DNA from: an uncultured Methanosarcinales archaeon
GTDB lineage: Archaea > Nanobdellota > Nanobdellia > Woesearchaeales > GW2011-AR15
DNA length: 64,000 nt
Assembly: GCA_964428335.1 (NCBI GenBank)
Contig: CAYRXW010000005.1
Coordinates: 79,481 to 143,480 of the forward strand
Reading direction: 5' to 3'
Shown here: positions 49,114 through 59,363 of the stretch, piece by piece
Layout: every line of letters starts with the position of its first letter
Position numbering within the stretch: the first letter of the stretch is position 1
Program-made: the position numbers and the translations under genes
The notes under the pieces: generated by a model
What the model saw: only the letters and a program-made list of their open reading frames with translations
Databases searched by the model: none
Told to the model about the DNA's origin: nothing

Positions 49114-50850
49114 TCAATGAAGTGTTGTAGCCTGTGGAATCAGCTCTGATGCATCTGCTACCTGATAAACTACATATTCATATAGATGATGTCTTGCTGC
49201 CTCACTTAGTGTATCCATGGTAAATCCTTTTTTATCTGACTTATCTATGAACCGTTGCGCAAATTCTACTGAATTAGGTACAACTAGAAAATAAGGTGCA
49301 AGCTGCCTAATTATAGAACTTTTTTCTTGACTGAGCTGAAAATTTTTTATAAATTCTTCTTCTGCTTCTCTAGAGATACTGGTCCATGTCCTAATCATAT
49401 CTCCTAACTTTTCAAAAGAGTAGTTCCCTTGAGTTATATAATTTTGAGCAAATTCATGTCCTTCATCCAAATATGCAAAAATATTGAAATGCCTGCGAAG
49501 CTCTGCATTCTGTTTTCTGTAGGTTTCAAGTTCTTCATCAGTAAGCCATATTCCTGCATCACTTGATTTTTTTATTAAGCTTGGCCCGACATGCTTTTTT
49601 AGAAATCTAAGAACACTTTTTTCAAAAAATGTGTCTTTAATATCCCAATTTTCCCCTTGTGGGTTCTCATAGAACCCTAAATCAACAGAGTATTTTCCAA
49701 GTCTTGTACGTGCATATGGAACAAAGGTAGATGCCCATGCTAAATGCGGACCTCCTGTCTTTTCCCTAAGACTAACGTTTAATTCGAGAATTTCTAAGTC
49801 TGCTGAAAGATTCATCCTTGTTGGTACTGAAGTAGCGCCATAAGGAAGTCCTGTTATCTGCTCTGTACGTATCTTAAATCCACAGTCTACACAATTTTTC
49901 ATCCCTTCAAATATCATCTCCTGTGGCATTTGCCTATCTAATACTTCCTTTCTAATATGTTCATCTGCTGCCTCTATTGCCATCGTTAAGCCACAACAGC
50001 CAGAATCCTTGCAAAGCCTCAGCCTTTTTTTCCCGACTTCTTCAACTGTCATTTCCCATCTCATCTGGGCGTGCCAGCGTATCCCTACTTCCTTTGGCCA
50101 TCTTTTTGCAAATTCTTCAAGCCACTCTATCTTCATACCAAAAACATCATCCTGAAAATAAATCATTTTTGTTGGATATTTTTCTTTCAATTCTTTTCCT
50201 TCCTTAATAACTGCATCTACTGTTCTTGTATTCCATGGAAAAAGCCTCCCTGCGAGCCTTTTATTGCCTATCTCTTCAACTATTTCATTTGATAAACCAG
50301 GAATAACACTTTTTATGTCTGAACTGTTATAACAATATGTGCATCTAAATGGACATCCTGTCATAGTTATTATACTTTTAATTGTACTCCTTCCGTGCTT
50401 TGGATAATCTTCGTAAAATTTAATTCTGTCCGGATGTGGAAAGACATAGTTGCTTTTTTTTGGAGTCTGAACACCTAGTTTTGCTGTACCACTAAGAATT
50501 TCATATAGCGCTGCAAATCCCTCGCTCATAACAACGTAATCGGCTTTTTGAGAAGCTTCAAAAGGAAAGTAACTTGGATGTGGCCCTCCTAGAATTGTTT
50601 TTATATTTGAAAATTCCTTCTTCAATTTTGAAAAGTAATCATATAATGTAATATGATTCCCTGTGTATACATTAAAAGCAATAAAATCTGGTTTTTCTTT
50701 TATAACTTTATAATGGAACTCTGTGAAATCCTGATCTTTAACTAGGCAATAACTGCGCTCAAATCCCATATCCCTTGCTAGGCCTCCTAGATGCAAAAGA
50801 CCAAGCGGTTCAATAACTGAGTAAGCTGCACCAAAAAGTATTTTTCCCAT
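49114..50850 (-). CDS. B12-binding domain radical SAM enzyme
   Basis: CPFRCTYC (CxxxCxxC) plus an N-terminal cobalamin-binding-like region. 578 aa. Confidence 0.8.
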   Translation of the reverse strand: MGKILFGAAYSVIEPLGLLHLGGLARDMGFERSYCLVKDQDFTEFHYKVIKEKPDFIAFNVYTGNHITLYDYFSKLKKEFSNIKTILGGPHPSYFPFEASQKADYVVMSEGFAALYEILSGTAKLGVQTPKKSNYVFPHPDRIKFYEDYPKHGRSTIKSIITMTGCPFRCTYCYNSSDIKSVIPGLSNEIVEEIGNKRLAGRLFPWNTRTVDAVIKEGKELKEKYPTKMIYFQDDVFGMKIEWLEEFAKRWPKEVGIRWHAQMRWEMTVEEVGKKRLRLCKDSGCCGLTMAIEAADEHIRKEVLDRQMPQEMIFEGMKNCVDCGFKIRTEQITGLPYGATSVPTRMNLSADLEILELNVSLREKTGGPHLAWASTFVPYARTRLGKYSVDLGFYENPQGENWDIKDTFFEKSVLRFLKKHVGPSLIKKSSDAGIWLTDEELETYRKQNAELRRHFNIFAYLDEGHEFAQNYITQGNYSFEKLGDMIRTWTSISREAEEEFIKNFQLSQEKSSIIRQLAPYFLVVPNSVEFAQRFIDKSDKKGFTMDTLSEAARHHLYEYVVYQVADASELIPQATTLH

Positions 50851-50937
50851 CTGATTTCAAATTTGCTTGAAAGTTAATAAACTTAGCGCTTAAGCATTCA
50901 GTAAGATTTAAAATGAATCATGCTTTGCATAATAATA

Positions 50938-52155
50938 ATGAAAGTTCTATATATCTCTAGAAGATTCTATCCTGAAGTTATTGGAGGTGGGCAAGTCTCT
51001 GGGCTTTTCATAGCAAAATCTCTTAAGGCGCAGGGATGTGAGGTTTATGTATGCACATTCACAGAAGGAAAATATAGAGAGCTAGATATAGATGGAGTAA
51101 AGATATTTCAAATTCCTATCAAAAAACTTAATTTTTCTCCAAGGCTTTCAAACATGGACTTTATGTATTTTGAAATGGCTATTCATGCTTCTAAAATAAT
51201 TGATAAAGTTAGGCCGGATGTGATTCATCTCCTTAATTTTGAATCAATTCCTGGTGCTGCGATATATTATAAGTTAAAATATAAAATACCGATTTATGCT
51301 ACTGTCAATGGACCTGGTTTTGGCTGCTTTGTACAATCTGCAATCGATTATAAAGAAGATATTTGCATTAAATGCAGGGTTTTTAAGAGATATTTTTGTT
51401 CAAAAAAGTATTGGGGACTAAAAGGGAACCTTTATTATATCTATAGCTTGTGGTACATGGGTCTTTTGAGGTTATCATATAACTATGTTGACAAGTTCTT
51501 TGCGGTGAGCCATGCTATGGTGCCTGTGCTCACAAATATTGGCGTAAAGGAAAAAAATATCTCAATCATATATAATCCTATTGAGCCTATGAAAATCCGC
51601 AGCACCGGGCTTAAAAAGAAGCTAGGGATAGAAAACAAAAAGATCATTCTGTTTATAGGAAGGCTTACTAAAGCAAAAGGCGTTGAGAATGTAATAAAAT
51701 CCATGGTAGGCATAGATAATGCTATTTACCTTGTTGTTGGAAAAAAGACAAATGATTATAATGAGTTCCAACGCCTTGTAGATAATCTAGGATTAAATGA
51801 TAAAGTCCTATTCACAGATTACGTCGACCATAAAGAGATAGTGGAATATTATTCTATAGCTGATGTTTGTGTCCTTGTCGAAAGATTCTATGAGCCTTTA
51901 TCAAGATTCCTTCTTGAAGCTACCGTCTATGGTGTTCCTATAATCACAAATGACGTTGGCTCGAATAAGGAAGTTGCTTATTTCAATAAAAAAATAAACC
52001 ATATTGTAAAATATGGCAACATAGAAGAACTTAGGACAACTATCTTGAAAGTGCTTAAGTCAAATAAAAAAGGAGTTGCACCAAATTTCCTTTCGCCTGA
52101 AATTATTGGGAAAAAAATATACGCAGAGTATAATTCATCTAAATTTATTTACTAG
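50938..52155 (+). CDS. glycosyltransferase family 4
   Basis: MKVLYISRRFYPEVIGGGQV N-terminal domain. C-terminal EX7E-like region. Confidence 0.75.
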   Translation: MKVLYISRRFYPEVIGGGQVSGLFIAKSLKAQGCEVYVCTFTEGKYRELDIDGVKIFQIPIKKLNFSPRLSNMDFMYFEMAIHASKIIDKVRPDVIHLLNFESIPGAAIYYKLKYKIPIYATVNGPGFGCFVQSAIDYKEDICIKCRVFKRYFCSKKYWGLKGNLYYIYSLWYMGLLRLSYNYVDKFFAVSHAMVPVLTNIGVKEKNISIIYNPIEPMKIRSTGLKKKLGIENKKIILFIGRLTKAKGVENVIKSMVGIDNAIYLVVGKKTNDYNEFQRLVDNLGLNDKVLFTDYVDHKEIVEYYSIADVCVLVERFYEPLSRFLLEATVYGVPIITNDVGSNKEVAYFNKKINHIVKYGNIEELRTTILKVLKSNKKGVAPNFLSPEIIGKKIYAEYNSSKFIY

Positions 52156-53595
52156 GCCTTGAATCTCATCAATGGTAATAAGGTTTAGAATAAATACAAA
52201 GCAGGTGAATAGTACTAATCCTAAGAAAAACGCAAAAATATTATTCAAATAAATTTTTGTTATTGCTGATAACGACAATATAACTAATCCTAGCCCTATG
52301 GCTTTTACAACATTTATTAACCCATCCTGCAAAAGTTCTTGCATAAATAGCTGGTAAGAAGTCATTAGTGTAGAAAATACTGAGCTTATAAGATATGCTG
52401 CTGCTGCTCCAATTAAGCCGTATAACTTTATCAAAATTAAACTGGCAACAAAATTTACTGTCATAAATCCTATTGAAGCAACCAAAGCCTCGTTCTTCTT
52501 TTTATGTCCAAGCAGGATGCTGGAATTAAGCTCATAAACGCTGATGAAGAAATATGAAAAGACAAATAAGCTTAAGCTTCTGCTTGCCAATGCATACTTG
52601 CTGGTAAATAGGAATTCTATTAAGTACCCAGAAAAATGTATGAAGAAAAGGCCTACAGGAACAAACGCAATTATCAGATATTTATATATGGTAGGAATAA
52701 GGTTCTTTGATTTTTTATCATCTCTTGCATTTATTTCAGAAGAAATAGGCAGGAGAACAATAGAGATAGGTTTGAACAAAAATTTTATGATATTTGCTGT
52801 TGGCATTGCAATGTTTAAGTAAGCAACATTCTCTAAATTTGAAACCCAAATCATGATAATGCTTGATAATGAATGTGAAAGGTTCTTAAAAGAGGAAGAA
52901 AGGAACTGGAAAAGGCTGAAAGAAAACAGCTCTTTTATCTGCTCTTTATCAATACTGAACCTATGCTTAAATATTCCCGGAACCAAATCAAGGAAGAACC
53001 ATATTTCTGAAACTGTCGTAAGGAAAAAGGCTGTGAAATAGGCTAATGCTATATTTGTTACGGTAACCCCAAAGAAAGTTGTAGCATAGCAGCTTAACAT
53101 TAGTATGAGCGAGGCTGTAAACTGGAATATGGAAAACAAGTATATTTTCTTGAACCCAAGGTATGTTGCATTGAACATTGAATCAAAGATTGAGAATGAG
53201 TAGCTCAAAAGCAATATGGTAAATAATGTAAATGATCTTTTATCGCTGATGAGACTTGCTAACAGCTGCTTTGCAAAAATAAGGCATACTAATATTATAA
53301 GAGCATATAAGACAATCTGGAAAAAGAAAAGAAATTTTATTGCATTGTTTATCTTACCTTTTTCATTTTTCACATTATATTCCGGCAGGTATCTAACAAC
53401 TGTCGAAGCAAGTCCAAAATCCTTGAATGGAATTATTGTTGATATTATGCTAAATACCCCAAAAAACAATCCATAGTCATAAACTGTCAGAGATTTTGCC
53501 AGAAAGACCCTAAGAAGATAGCCTGAAAGTGCAGTAAGGACTGAGGATATAAAAAGTATAAGTGTCTCCCTAAAGATGAATTTCTTATAACTCAT
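52135..53595 (-). CDS. oligosaccharide flippase (Wzx/MOP superfamily) membrane protein
   Basis: About 12-14 TM helices. 486 aa. Glycan-cluster context. Confidence 0.65.
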   Translation of the reverse strand: MSYKKFIFRETLILFISSVLTALSGYLLRVFLAKSLTVYDYGLFFGVFSIISTIIPFKDFGLASTVVRYLPEYNVKNEKGKINNAIKFLFFFQIVLYALIILVCLIFAKQLLASLISDKRSFTLFTILLLSYSFSIFDSMFNATYLGFKKIYLFSIFQFTASLILMLSCYATTFFGVTVTNIALAYFTAFFLTTVSEIWFFLDLVPGIFKHRFSIDKEQIKELFSFSLFQFLSSSFKNLSHSLSSIIMIWVSNLENVAYLNIAMPTANIIKFLFKPISIVLLPISSEINARDDKKSKNLIPTIYKYLIIAFVPVGLFFIHFSGYLIEFLFTSKYALASRSLSLFVFSYFFISVYELNSSILLGHKKKNEALVASIGFMTVNFVASLILIKLYGLIGAAAAYLISSVFSTLMTSYQLFMQELLQDGLINVVKAIGLGLVILSLSAITKIYLNNIFAFFLGLVLFTCFVFILNLITIDEIQGLVNKFR

Positions 53596-53647
53596 TAGTT
53601 AGTTGAATAGTAACATATATAAAAATCAATCAGTTTAAAAAATTGAA

Positions 53648-54250
53648 ATGAACAGAGATGACTTTATAATAAAAAGAGTTAAATTTCTCCTTGAAAAGGA
53701 AAAAAAAGGAACACTTTTAGATATTGGACCTGGGAAAGGAAGGCTTACTGATGAATTAAATAACCTAGGATTTAAGATAGAATTATGTGATTATGATATA
53801 AATATTATTAAAAAGCTGTCAAGATATAAAGGAAAAACATGTGACTTGAATAAGGAAAAACTCCCTTATTCTGATAATTCTTTTGATTTTATAAACTGCA
53901 CAGAAGTATTAGAACATATTGAAAATCCTTGGCATGTTGTTAGGGAGATTGGAAGAGTCTTAAAAAAAAAGGGGATAGTTATATTTTCAACACCGCATGT
54001 AGATTCAATAATTCAAAAAGCAAAGTACTTGTTTACGGATAACTTATTTAGCTTCCCAAAGTCCCCTATTTTAGGAGGGCATATAACACCGGTACATGAT
54101 TTTGTTTTGGAAAATATTCTTAGAAGAAATGGTTTTGAAGTAACTACTAAAACATATAACCTTGGCTGGATACCACTTATAAGACTTAAACTGAAACCTT
54201 CAAAAACTTTTGGAGATACTTTAATTATCAAAGCAAGGAAAATAAATTAA
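53648..54250 (+). CDS. class I SAM-dependent methyltransferase
   Basis: LLDIGPGKGRL motif I. Confidence 0.7.
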   Translation: MNRDDFIIKRVKFLLEKEKKGTLLDIGPGKGRLTDELNNLGFKIELCDYDINIIKKLSRYKGKTCDLNKEKLPYSDNSFDFINCTEVLEHIENPWHVVREIGRVLKKKGIVIFSTPHVDSIIQKAKYLFTDNLFSFPKSPILGGHITPVHDFVLENILRRNGFEVTTKTYNLGWIPLIRLKLKPSKTFGDTLIIKARKIN

Positions 54251-55044
54251 CTGAATGAAAAAAACCTGTCTAATTTTTTTTCCTTTAGCCAAGTATTATA
54301 TCTTTCATAATCTTTAACTGAATCGAATTCCAGCCATCCCTTTTCTATTTTTATTGGCATTACATCATATCCTTCATTTATTATAGATTGTAACATGCAG
54401 GTCATATATGCTTTTTTAAATGATTTTGACCTTAGCCAGGGTGTTTCCTTATCAAAATAAAGCTGTTTATTTTTTTTGTAAACTTTTTTTAGTATCTCAC
54501 ACCCTTTTCCTGAAAACTTTAGAATTCCGACATATCTATATTTGGCTTTTTCGATATTGCAGCCTGTTTCACCCAGTTCAATAATTTTCCCATTCTTTAT
54601 AACCATGCTTTCAGTGTCTTCATTTAAGTTATCATGTCTTTCCTTCCAATATTCTAGATAGCCTGAATCCACAGTAACACCTATCTCATATTTTGATTCA
54701 ATGACTTTTTTTATAAGTCCTAATTCATAAATGATGTCTGAATATAGAATAAGTGTATCACTATCCAATTCCTTTTCTGCTGCAAATAAGGTATCAACCA
54801 TATTTGTTACATCATAATCTTCATTAACGTAATATTTTACATTTGGAACTGCTATTTTTTCCGGCTTATATCCTTTGATAATTACAATATCAGAAATACC
54901 TGTTTTTTTTAATGTCTCGACCTGCCATTCAATTAAAGGTTTCCCATTAAAATTAAGCATGCATTTTGGAATTTCTTTTGTATAATTTCCTAACCTTGTT
55001 CCAAGGCCTGCTGCTAGAATTATTGCTTTCATTCTCAATTCCAT
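54247..55044 (-). CDS. sugar-phosphate/LicC-type nucleotidyltransferase (candidate CTP:phosphoglutamine cytidylyltransferase, Cj1416-like)
   Basis: MKAIILAAGLGTRLG NTP-transferase motif. 265 aa. Confidence 0.6.
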   Translation of the reverse strand: MELRMKAIILAAGLGTRLGNYTKEIPKCMLNFNGKPLIEWQVETLKKTGISDIVIIKGYKPEKIAVPNVKYYVNEDYDVTNMVDTLFAAEKELDSDTLILYSDIIYELGLIKKVIESKYEIGVTVDSGYLEYWKERHDNLNEDTESMVIKNGKIIELGETGCNIEKAKYRYVGILKFSGKGCEILKKVYKKNKQLYFDKETPWLRSKSFKKAYMTCMLQSIINEGYDVMPIKIEKGWLEFDSVKDYERYNTWLKEKKLDRFFSFS

Positions 55045-55682
55045 TTCCTAAATAAAAAATCTGAAACTAATTTATTATTAATATTATCATCTGGACTTTT
55101 TCTTTCAGGATGCCATTCTATGCCTGCAATTGGCAGAACCTTGTGCCTTATGCCTTCAATTATCTTTCCGGATTTAGCAAATGAGACTAACTCCTTTGAA
55201 AGTGATTTCTCTGTTATGCATCTTAAATGGTACGAATTAACTTTTGTTTTCCCATAGCCTTCAATTATAACATCATGGTTTTTTCCTGGCTGATGTGAAT
55301 CAGAGATTTTTTTTGTATCTTCAAGTTTTCCATTGAAATATACATTAATAAACTGCATTCCCCTGCATATACCAAAAACCGGGATTTTATTTTTAATTGC
55401 GAAATCAAGAAGCCTTGATTCGGTTGCGTCCCTTTCCTTACTTGATGAGTCACTTTTATCTTTGCTTCCATAAATTCCCGGAGTTATGTCGTTTCCTCCA
55501 GTAAGTATTATTCTCTCAACATTTAATTTTAAAAAATAATTAGTTAAATTATTTGGATTATTAGGAATAGGTATCAATGCAAAGCCAAAACTGCTAAAAT
55601 ATTCAATATAGGTTTTTTCCAGACTATCTATATCTACACCATATTTGTTTTTATCCCTTCTTTGTGAAATTAGTGCTATCAT
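55035..55682 (-). CDS. class I glutamine amidotransferase-like (peptidase C26) hydrolase (candidate gamma-glutamyl-CDP-amidate hydrolase, Cj1417-like)
   Basis: Catalytic Cys in PVFGICRGMQ. His/Glu in GIEWHPE. Confidence 0.65.
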   Translation of the reverse strand: MIALISQRRDKNKYGVDIDSLEKTYIEYFSSFGFALIPIPNNPNNLTNYFLKLNVERIILTGGNDITPGIYGSKDKSDSSSKERDATESRLLDFAIKNKIPVFGICRGMQFINVYFNGKLEDTKKISDSHQPGKNHDVIIEGYGKTKVNSYHLRCITEKSLSKELVSFAKSGKIIEGIRHKVLPIAGIEWHPERKSPDDNINNKLVSDFLFRKWN

Positions 55683-58636
55683 TTTATTATTCTTCCATAT
55701 TCACAGTCCAAGGTTATAAAATCATTTTCATTCAAATGGTCAAAAAAGTAGCCTGCTCCAATAGCTGCAGGTATTCCAAATTCTGCACTCCTAATCGACA
55801 TATGCGAAGCAACACCACCATATTTTGTAACTAACCCTTTTATTTTTCTTGTGAATATCCAGTCATATCCTGGGTCTCCGCTCTCAATTAACACAATTTT
55901 ATCATCAATTTCAGGAATGACTTCCTTATCATTTAATTTTATTACTAATCCCTGAACCTTCTTATTAGTTATGTAATTTGGCCTTGGCTTATAAGGTGTA
56001 ATAATCTCAAAATCCTGCTCCCTTGTTATTATCGGAGGAAGAACTAAAAGAGAACTTTCAAGCCGTTTTTGGGAATTTTTTTCAATTCTTTCTTTCCAAA
56101 TCTGTAAAAGCTCTTCTTTTTGCTTTTCAATGAAAATATCCTTAAGTTCAAGGAGAGAAAGCTCTTTTCTTGTAAATCCCATATTTTCCCCCACATTTGC
56201 TATTATTTCCAAAGCATCGCTAAGGTTCTTTGTAAACTCAAACTTTGAAAACTCTCTTGCTTCAATAGCTTTTCTTGAGAACTCAAACAAATCATAGGCG
56301 CTAAATTCCAATCCCTCTTGTAATAATGCGTCTGTTATTTTTTTAGCTGTTTTTTCACTTAGCCTAAAACTATATTTTTTATCTGATACTGACGAGAAAT
56401 TCATTGATTTTAATAGGTCTGGGTTAGAGTCATACCTAAGGCTTGTAATATCATAGGTTCCTGGCCTCAAATGGCAATATTTTTTTATGAACTCGTCTTT
56501 TGATACTTCTCCGCTGCAGAATTTCTTGAAATCAACATTTATTTCTGTTGCTACTGTACTTATGGAATTCATGAAATCATGATATTCCTGCTTTGTAAGT
56601 ATATTTTTTATAACCATGCTTTTTAGCATTATTTTTCCTATGAATGCCAGCCTTGCTAACCTTGAAAACTGCACAGTTCCAAGCTTTCGCGCGTCATCCA
56701 AGAGGAATTTTGCTTTTTTTAAGTGCTGGGAAAATGATGTTTCCAGGGGCAGGTTTTCTACTATTCTTTTTCTATTTTTATCAAGTGTTTCCAGGTCATT
56801 AAGATCATTTTTTATTGTTTTTTTTGAATTTGTTATAAGATTATTAGTTAATTCAATCAATGAAGTCTTAATTGCTTGAATTTCTAAGCTGCTGAATCCC
56901 TCATTTATTAATTCGTCTTTTCTGTTATCAAAATTCATATCATAACATGTAAAAAGTATTTCAAATTCAACTTTGTCCTGCATATCGTGATTTTTATCAA
57001 GTTTTTTTAAGTAAAATGAAACTAATTTGTCTCTTAATTTTCTTGGCACTTTTGCAGGAATAAATGAGTTAAATGTGTTTCTAACATCCACATAAGGCTT
57101 GCTTCCAAACAAAATAACCAATTTTGCCGGACTTACATTATTATATCCCTGGCTTGTTCTTGCCTCATGCCATGCGCTGCCTGTTATAAGGTAATCGTAC
57201 AATGAATAATCCAATATATTTGGCTTGTCACCTATTATCTCTGCAGGATTCCAGTCTGGCATATCTGCAAAGATATTTGCTTTGCCAGATAAATGCTCTT
57301 TTTCTATGCTAAGCTTTTTATGCTCCTGTTTTATGCTTTTTACAAGATTAAAGAATGTCTTGTCGTTTGTATCTGATTTTAGGCTTAATGTAAGAGGCCT
57401 TACCTGAAAGATTATGACTTCATTATTGGAATTTATCCCAAATTCTATGTCCAAACCTATACCTGGAACTATTTTTTCTATTTCATATACTGATTCCATT
57501 AGATTTCTTAGTTTCTCGTTTGGATTTGCTGTTCTTAGAATATAGGTTGTCTTTGTTTCTATTCCATGTGTTACCGTATCTGTTGCTCCTGTTTTATCAT
57601 CATAGTTAATTACATAATATGGCGCATTTCTAAGCGTTCTTGTAAATACTACCCCGCTCATCACAATATTTTTACTATAGTTTTGCACAAGAACCTGATT
57701 TGATGAACTAATCGAATTTTTTTTCTTATATGAACTAAATACTCTATTTACTGCACTTGTTATATTTTCTTTATTTGGCTTAATATTTAAAACACTTTCA
57801 AAATGCCCTGCTTTTGAATCCTCAATTGAATCTTCTGAAATTGCTGAACTTCTGACTACCAATTCCTGAGTTTGAAATTTTTTTTGGATATCTTCAATAA
57901 CCTTATCTTTATTATTTGCCCAGTCTATTGATGTCAATATAAATATATCTTCAATTTTTGATTTGGTTAGAATCGGCTTTAATGCCATAAGGGTGTTTGC
58001 TTTTGTTGATATTATTTTCCTATTTAAAACTCTTAATACTTTCCCTCTATTTTTTATTATATCTGAAAAATCTATTATATCCTTAAAATTGTTCCTGTTT
58101 TCAATTAATTTATCAATAATTTTAAAGCCAGAAAGCCTGCTATAATAAGGGTGCCTAATTACTTTTCCGCCTATTTCACTTAAATATTTTTCAGCCGGTA
58201 TTTCTTTCCAGTCAGATCCATAAATCAAGTGAATTTCTGCATCTTTATACTCCGCATGAATTTTCTTTAAATTTGATGTCGGATCTATATTTGTCTGGAT
58301 TAATACCCTATCAACCGGCCTTAGCTCAGAAATTACTGCTTTTCTTTCTTTTAGATTTGCTATAGGCCTAACTCTTATTTCTTCAGCTGCTTCATCTGTT
58401 AAAACTCCGCAGACAAGGTAATCTGAAATTGATTTTGCAAAATTTATGGCATGAAGATGACCATAATGAAATAAATCCCCAACAATTGGAAGATATGCTA
58501 TTCTTTTAAGGCTTGTTTTTTTTATTTCTACTATATCCCCCTCTTTAATTTCAGAAGAAGAAGGGATTGTAACGCAAAGTTGATTATTGCTCTTATTTTT
58601 CCAAACTATTTTTTTCATAAATTCAACTAGTAACAC
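55679..58636 (-). CDS. fusion protein: N-terminal HxGH cytidylyltransferase-like domain + PEP-utilising-enzyme (PPDK/PEP synthase-like) kinase with a C-terminal phosphohistidine domain (candidate L-glutamine kinase, Cj1418-like)
   Basis: N-terminal IVGDLFHYGHLHAI (HxGH). C-terminal YGGVASHMSIRSAEFGIPAAIG matches the phosphohistidine swivel-domain motif. 985 aa. Confidence 0.6.
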   Translation of the reverse strand: MLLVEFMKKIVWKNKSNNQLCVTIPSSSEIKEGDIVEIKKTSLKRIAYLPIVGDLFHYGHLHAINFAKSISDYLVCGVLTDEAAEEIRVRPIANLKERKAVISELRPVDRVLIQTNIDPTSNLKKIHAEYKDAEIHLIYGSDWKEIPAEKYLSEIGGKVIRHPYYSRLSGFKIIDKLIENRNNFKDIIDFSDIIKNRGKVLRVLNRKIISTKANTLMALKPILTKSKIEDIFILTSIDWANNKDKVIEDIQKKFQTQELVVRSSAISEDSIEDSKAGHFESVLNIKPNKENITSAVNRVFSSYKKKNSISSSNQVLVQNYSKNIVMSGVVFTRTLRNAPYYVINYDDKTGATDTVTHGIETKTTYILRTANPNEKLRNLMESVYEIEKIVPGIGLDIEFGINSNNEVIIFQVRPLTLSLKSDTNDKTFFNLVKSIKQEHKKLSIEKEHLSGKANIFADMPDWNPAEIIGDKPNILDYSLYDYLITGSAWHEARTSQGYNNVSPAKLVILFGSKPYVDVRNTFNSFIPAKVPRKLRDKLVSFYLKKLDKNHDMQDKVEFEILFTCYDMNFDNRKDELINEGFSSLEIQAIKTSLIELTNNLITNSKKTIKNDLNDLETLDKNRKRIVENLPLETSFSQHLKKAKFLLDDARKLGTVQFSRLARLAFIGKIMLKSMVIKNILTKQEYHDFMNSISTVATEINVDFKKFCSGEVSKDEFIKKYCHLRPGTYDITSLRYDSNPDLLKSMNFSSVSDKKYSFRLSEKTAKKITDALLQEGLEFSAYDLFEFSRKAIEAREFSKFEFTKNLSDALEIIANVGENMGFTRKELSLLELKDIFIEKQKEELLQIWKERIEKNSQKRLESSLLVLPPIITREQDFEIITPYKPRPNYITNKKVQGLVIKLNDKEVIPEIDDKIVLIESGDPGYDWIFTRKIKGLVTKYGGVASHMSIRSAEFGIPAAIGAGYFFDHLNENDFITLDCEYGRIIK

Positions 58637-58706
58637 TAGTAGTTTATAAAAGTTATGAAATTTAAAACTTTTTAAAGAGGAGAAAATTTAATTAGAATGC
58701 TTTTCC

Positions 58707-59363
58707 TTGCAAACATATTTAAACATTCCTTGGTTTTTAATCATTATGGAATATCCATATGTTTCTCCTAATTACCTTAAAAACCCACCTACCTACCAGT
58801 TCTCAAAATTTGGCGGAAATGATTTCCTTAAAGAATACAAAAAAAGCAGGAAATACGCTATAGACAAGTTAAGCAAGCTAGTAAAAAAACCATATTTGGA
58901 TTTTGATGATTATCTAAGCAAACTAAACGGCATTAAGTTTGATTATTCAATAACCCTTAGGAATAGCAGTGAGTCAACAAAAGAAATTATGCAAGCTATT
59001 TTATTAATGCAAAGATATGGAAATGATAGGAAAAAAGCTTATGAGTTATTGAGCAAATTTATAAAAAAATTTGAGGTTTTCAAAAAGATATATACAAGAT
59101 ATAATCTAAACGACATGAAAAAAGATAGTGAAGACTTTTCAAATATTTCAAACTATGTGCTTCTTTCCCTTAATCTTATTTTATATTATAAAAAAGAGAA
59201 TAACCTAAAATTCTTAAATGCCTGCTTAAAACTTAATGATCTTTCAATTTCTTCTTTTGATAATTTAATTGAAGAAGATGAAAAAAAAGAGATGCTTCTT
59301 TCTATCAATGAAGAAGTGAAAATTATCCAGCATCTTTTTACAAAAAATGGTGTTTTAATATGA
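58707..59363 (+). CDS. hypothetical protein
   Basis: ORF only. Overlaps the next gene by 4 nt. Confidence 0.35.
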   Translation: MQTYLNIPWFLIIMEYPYVSPNYLKNPPTYQFSKFGGNDFLKEYKKSRKYAIDKLSKLVKKPYLDFDDYLSKLNGIKFDYSITLRNSSESTKEIMQAILLMQRYGNDRKKAYELLSKFIKKFEVFKKIYTRYNLNDMKKDSEDFSNISNYVLLSLNLILYYKKENNLKFLNACLKLNDLSISSFDNLIEEDEKKEMLLSINEEVKIIQHLFTKNGVLI

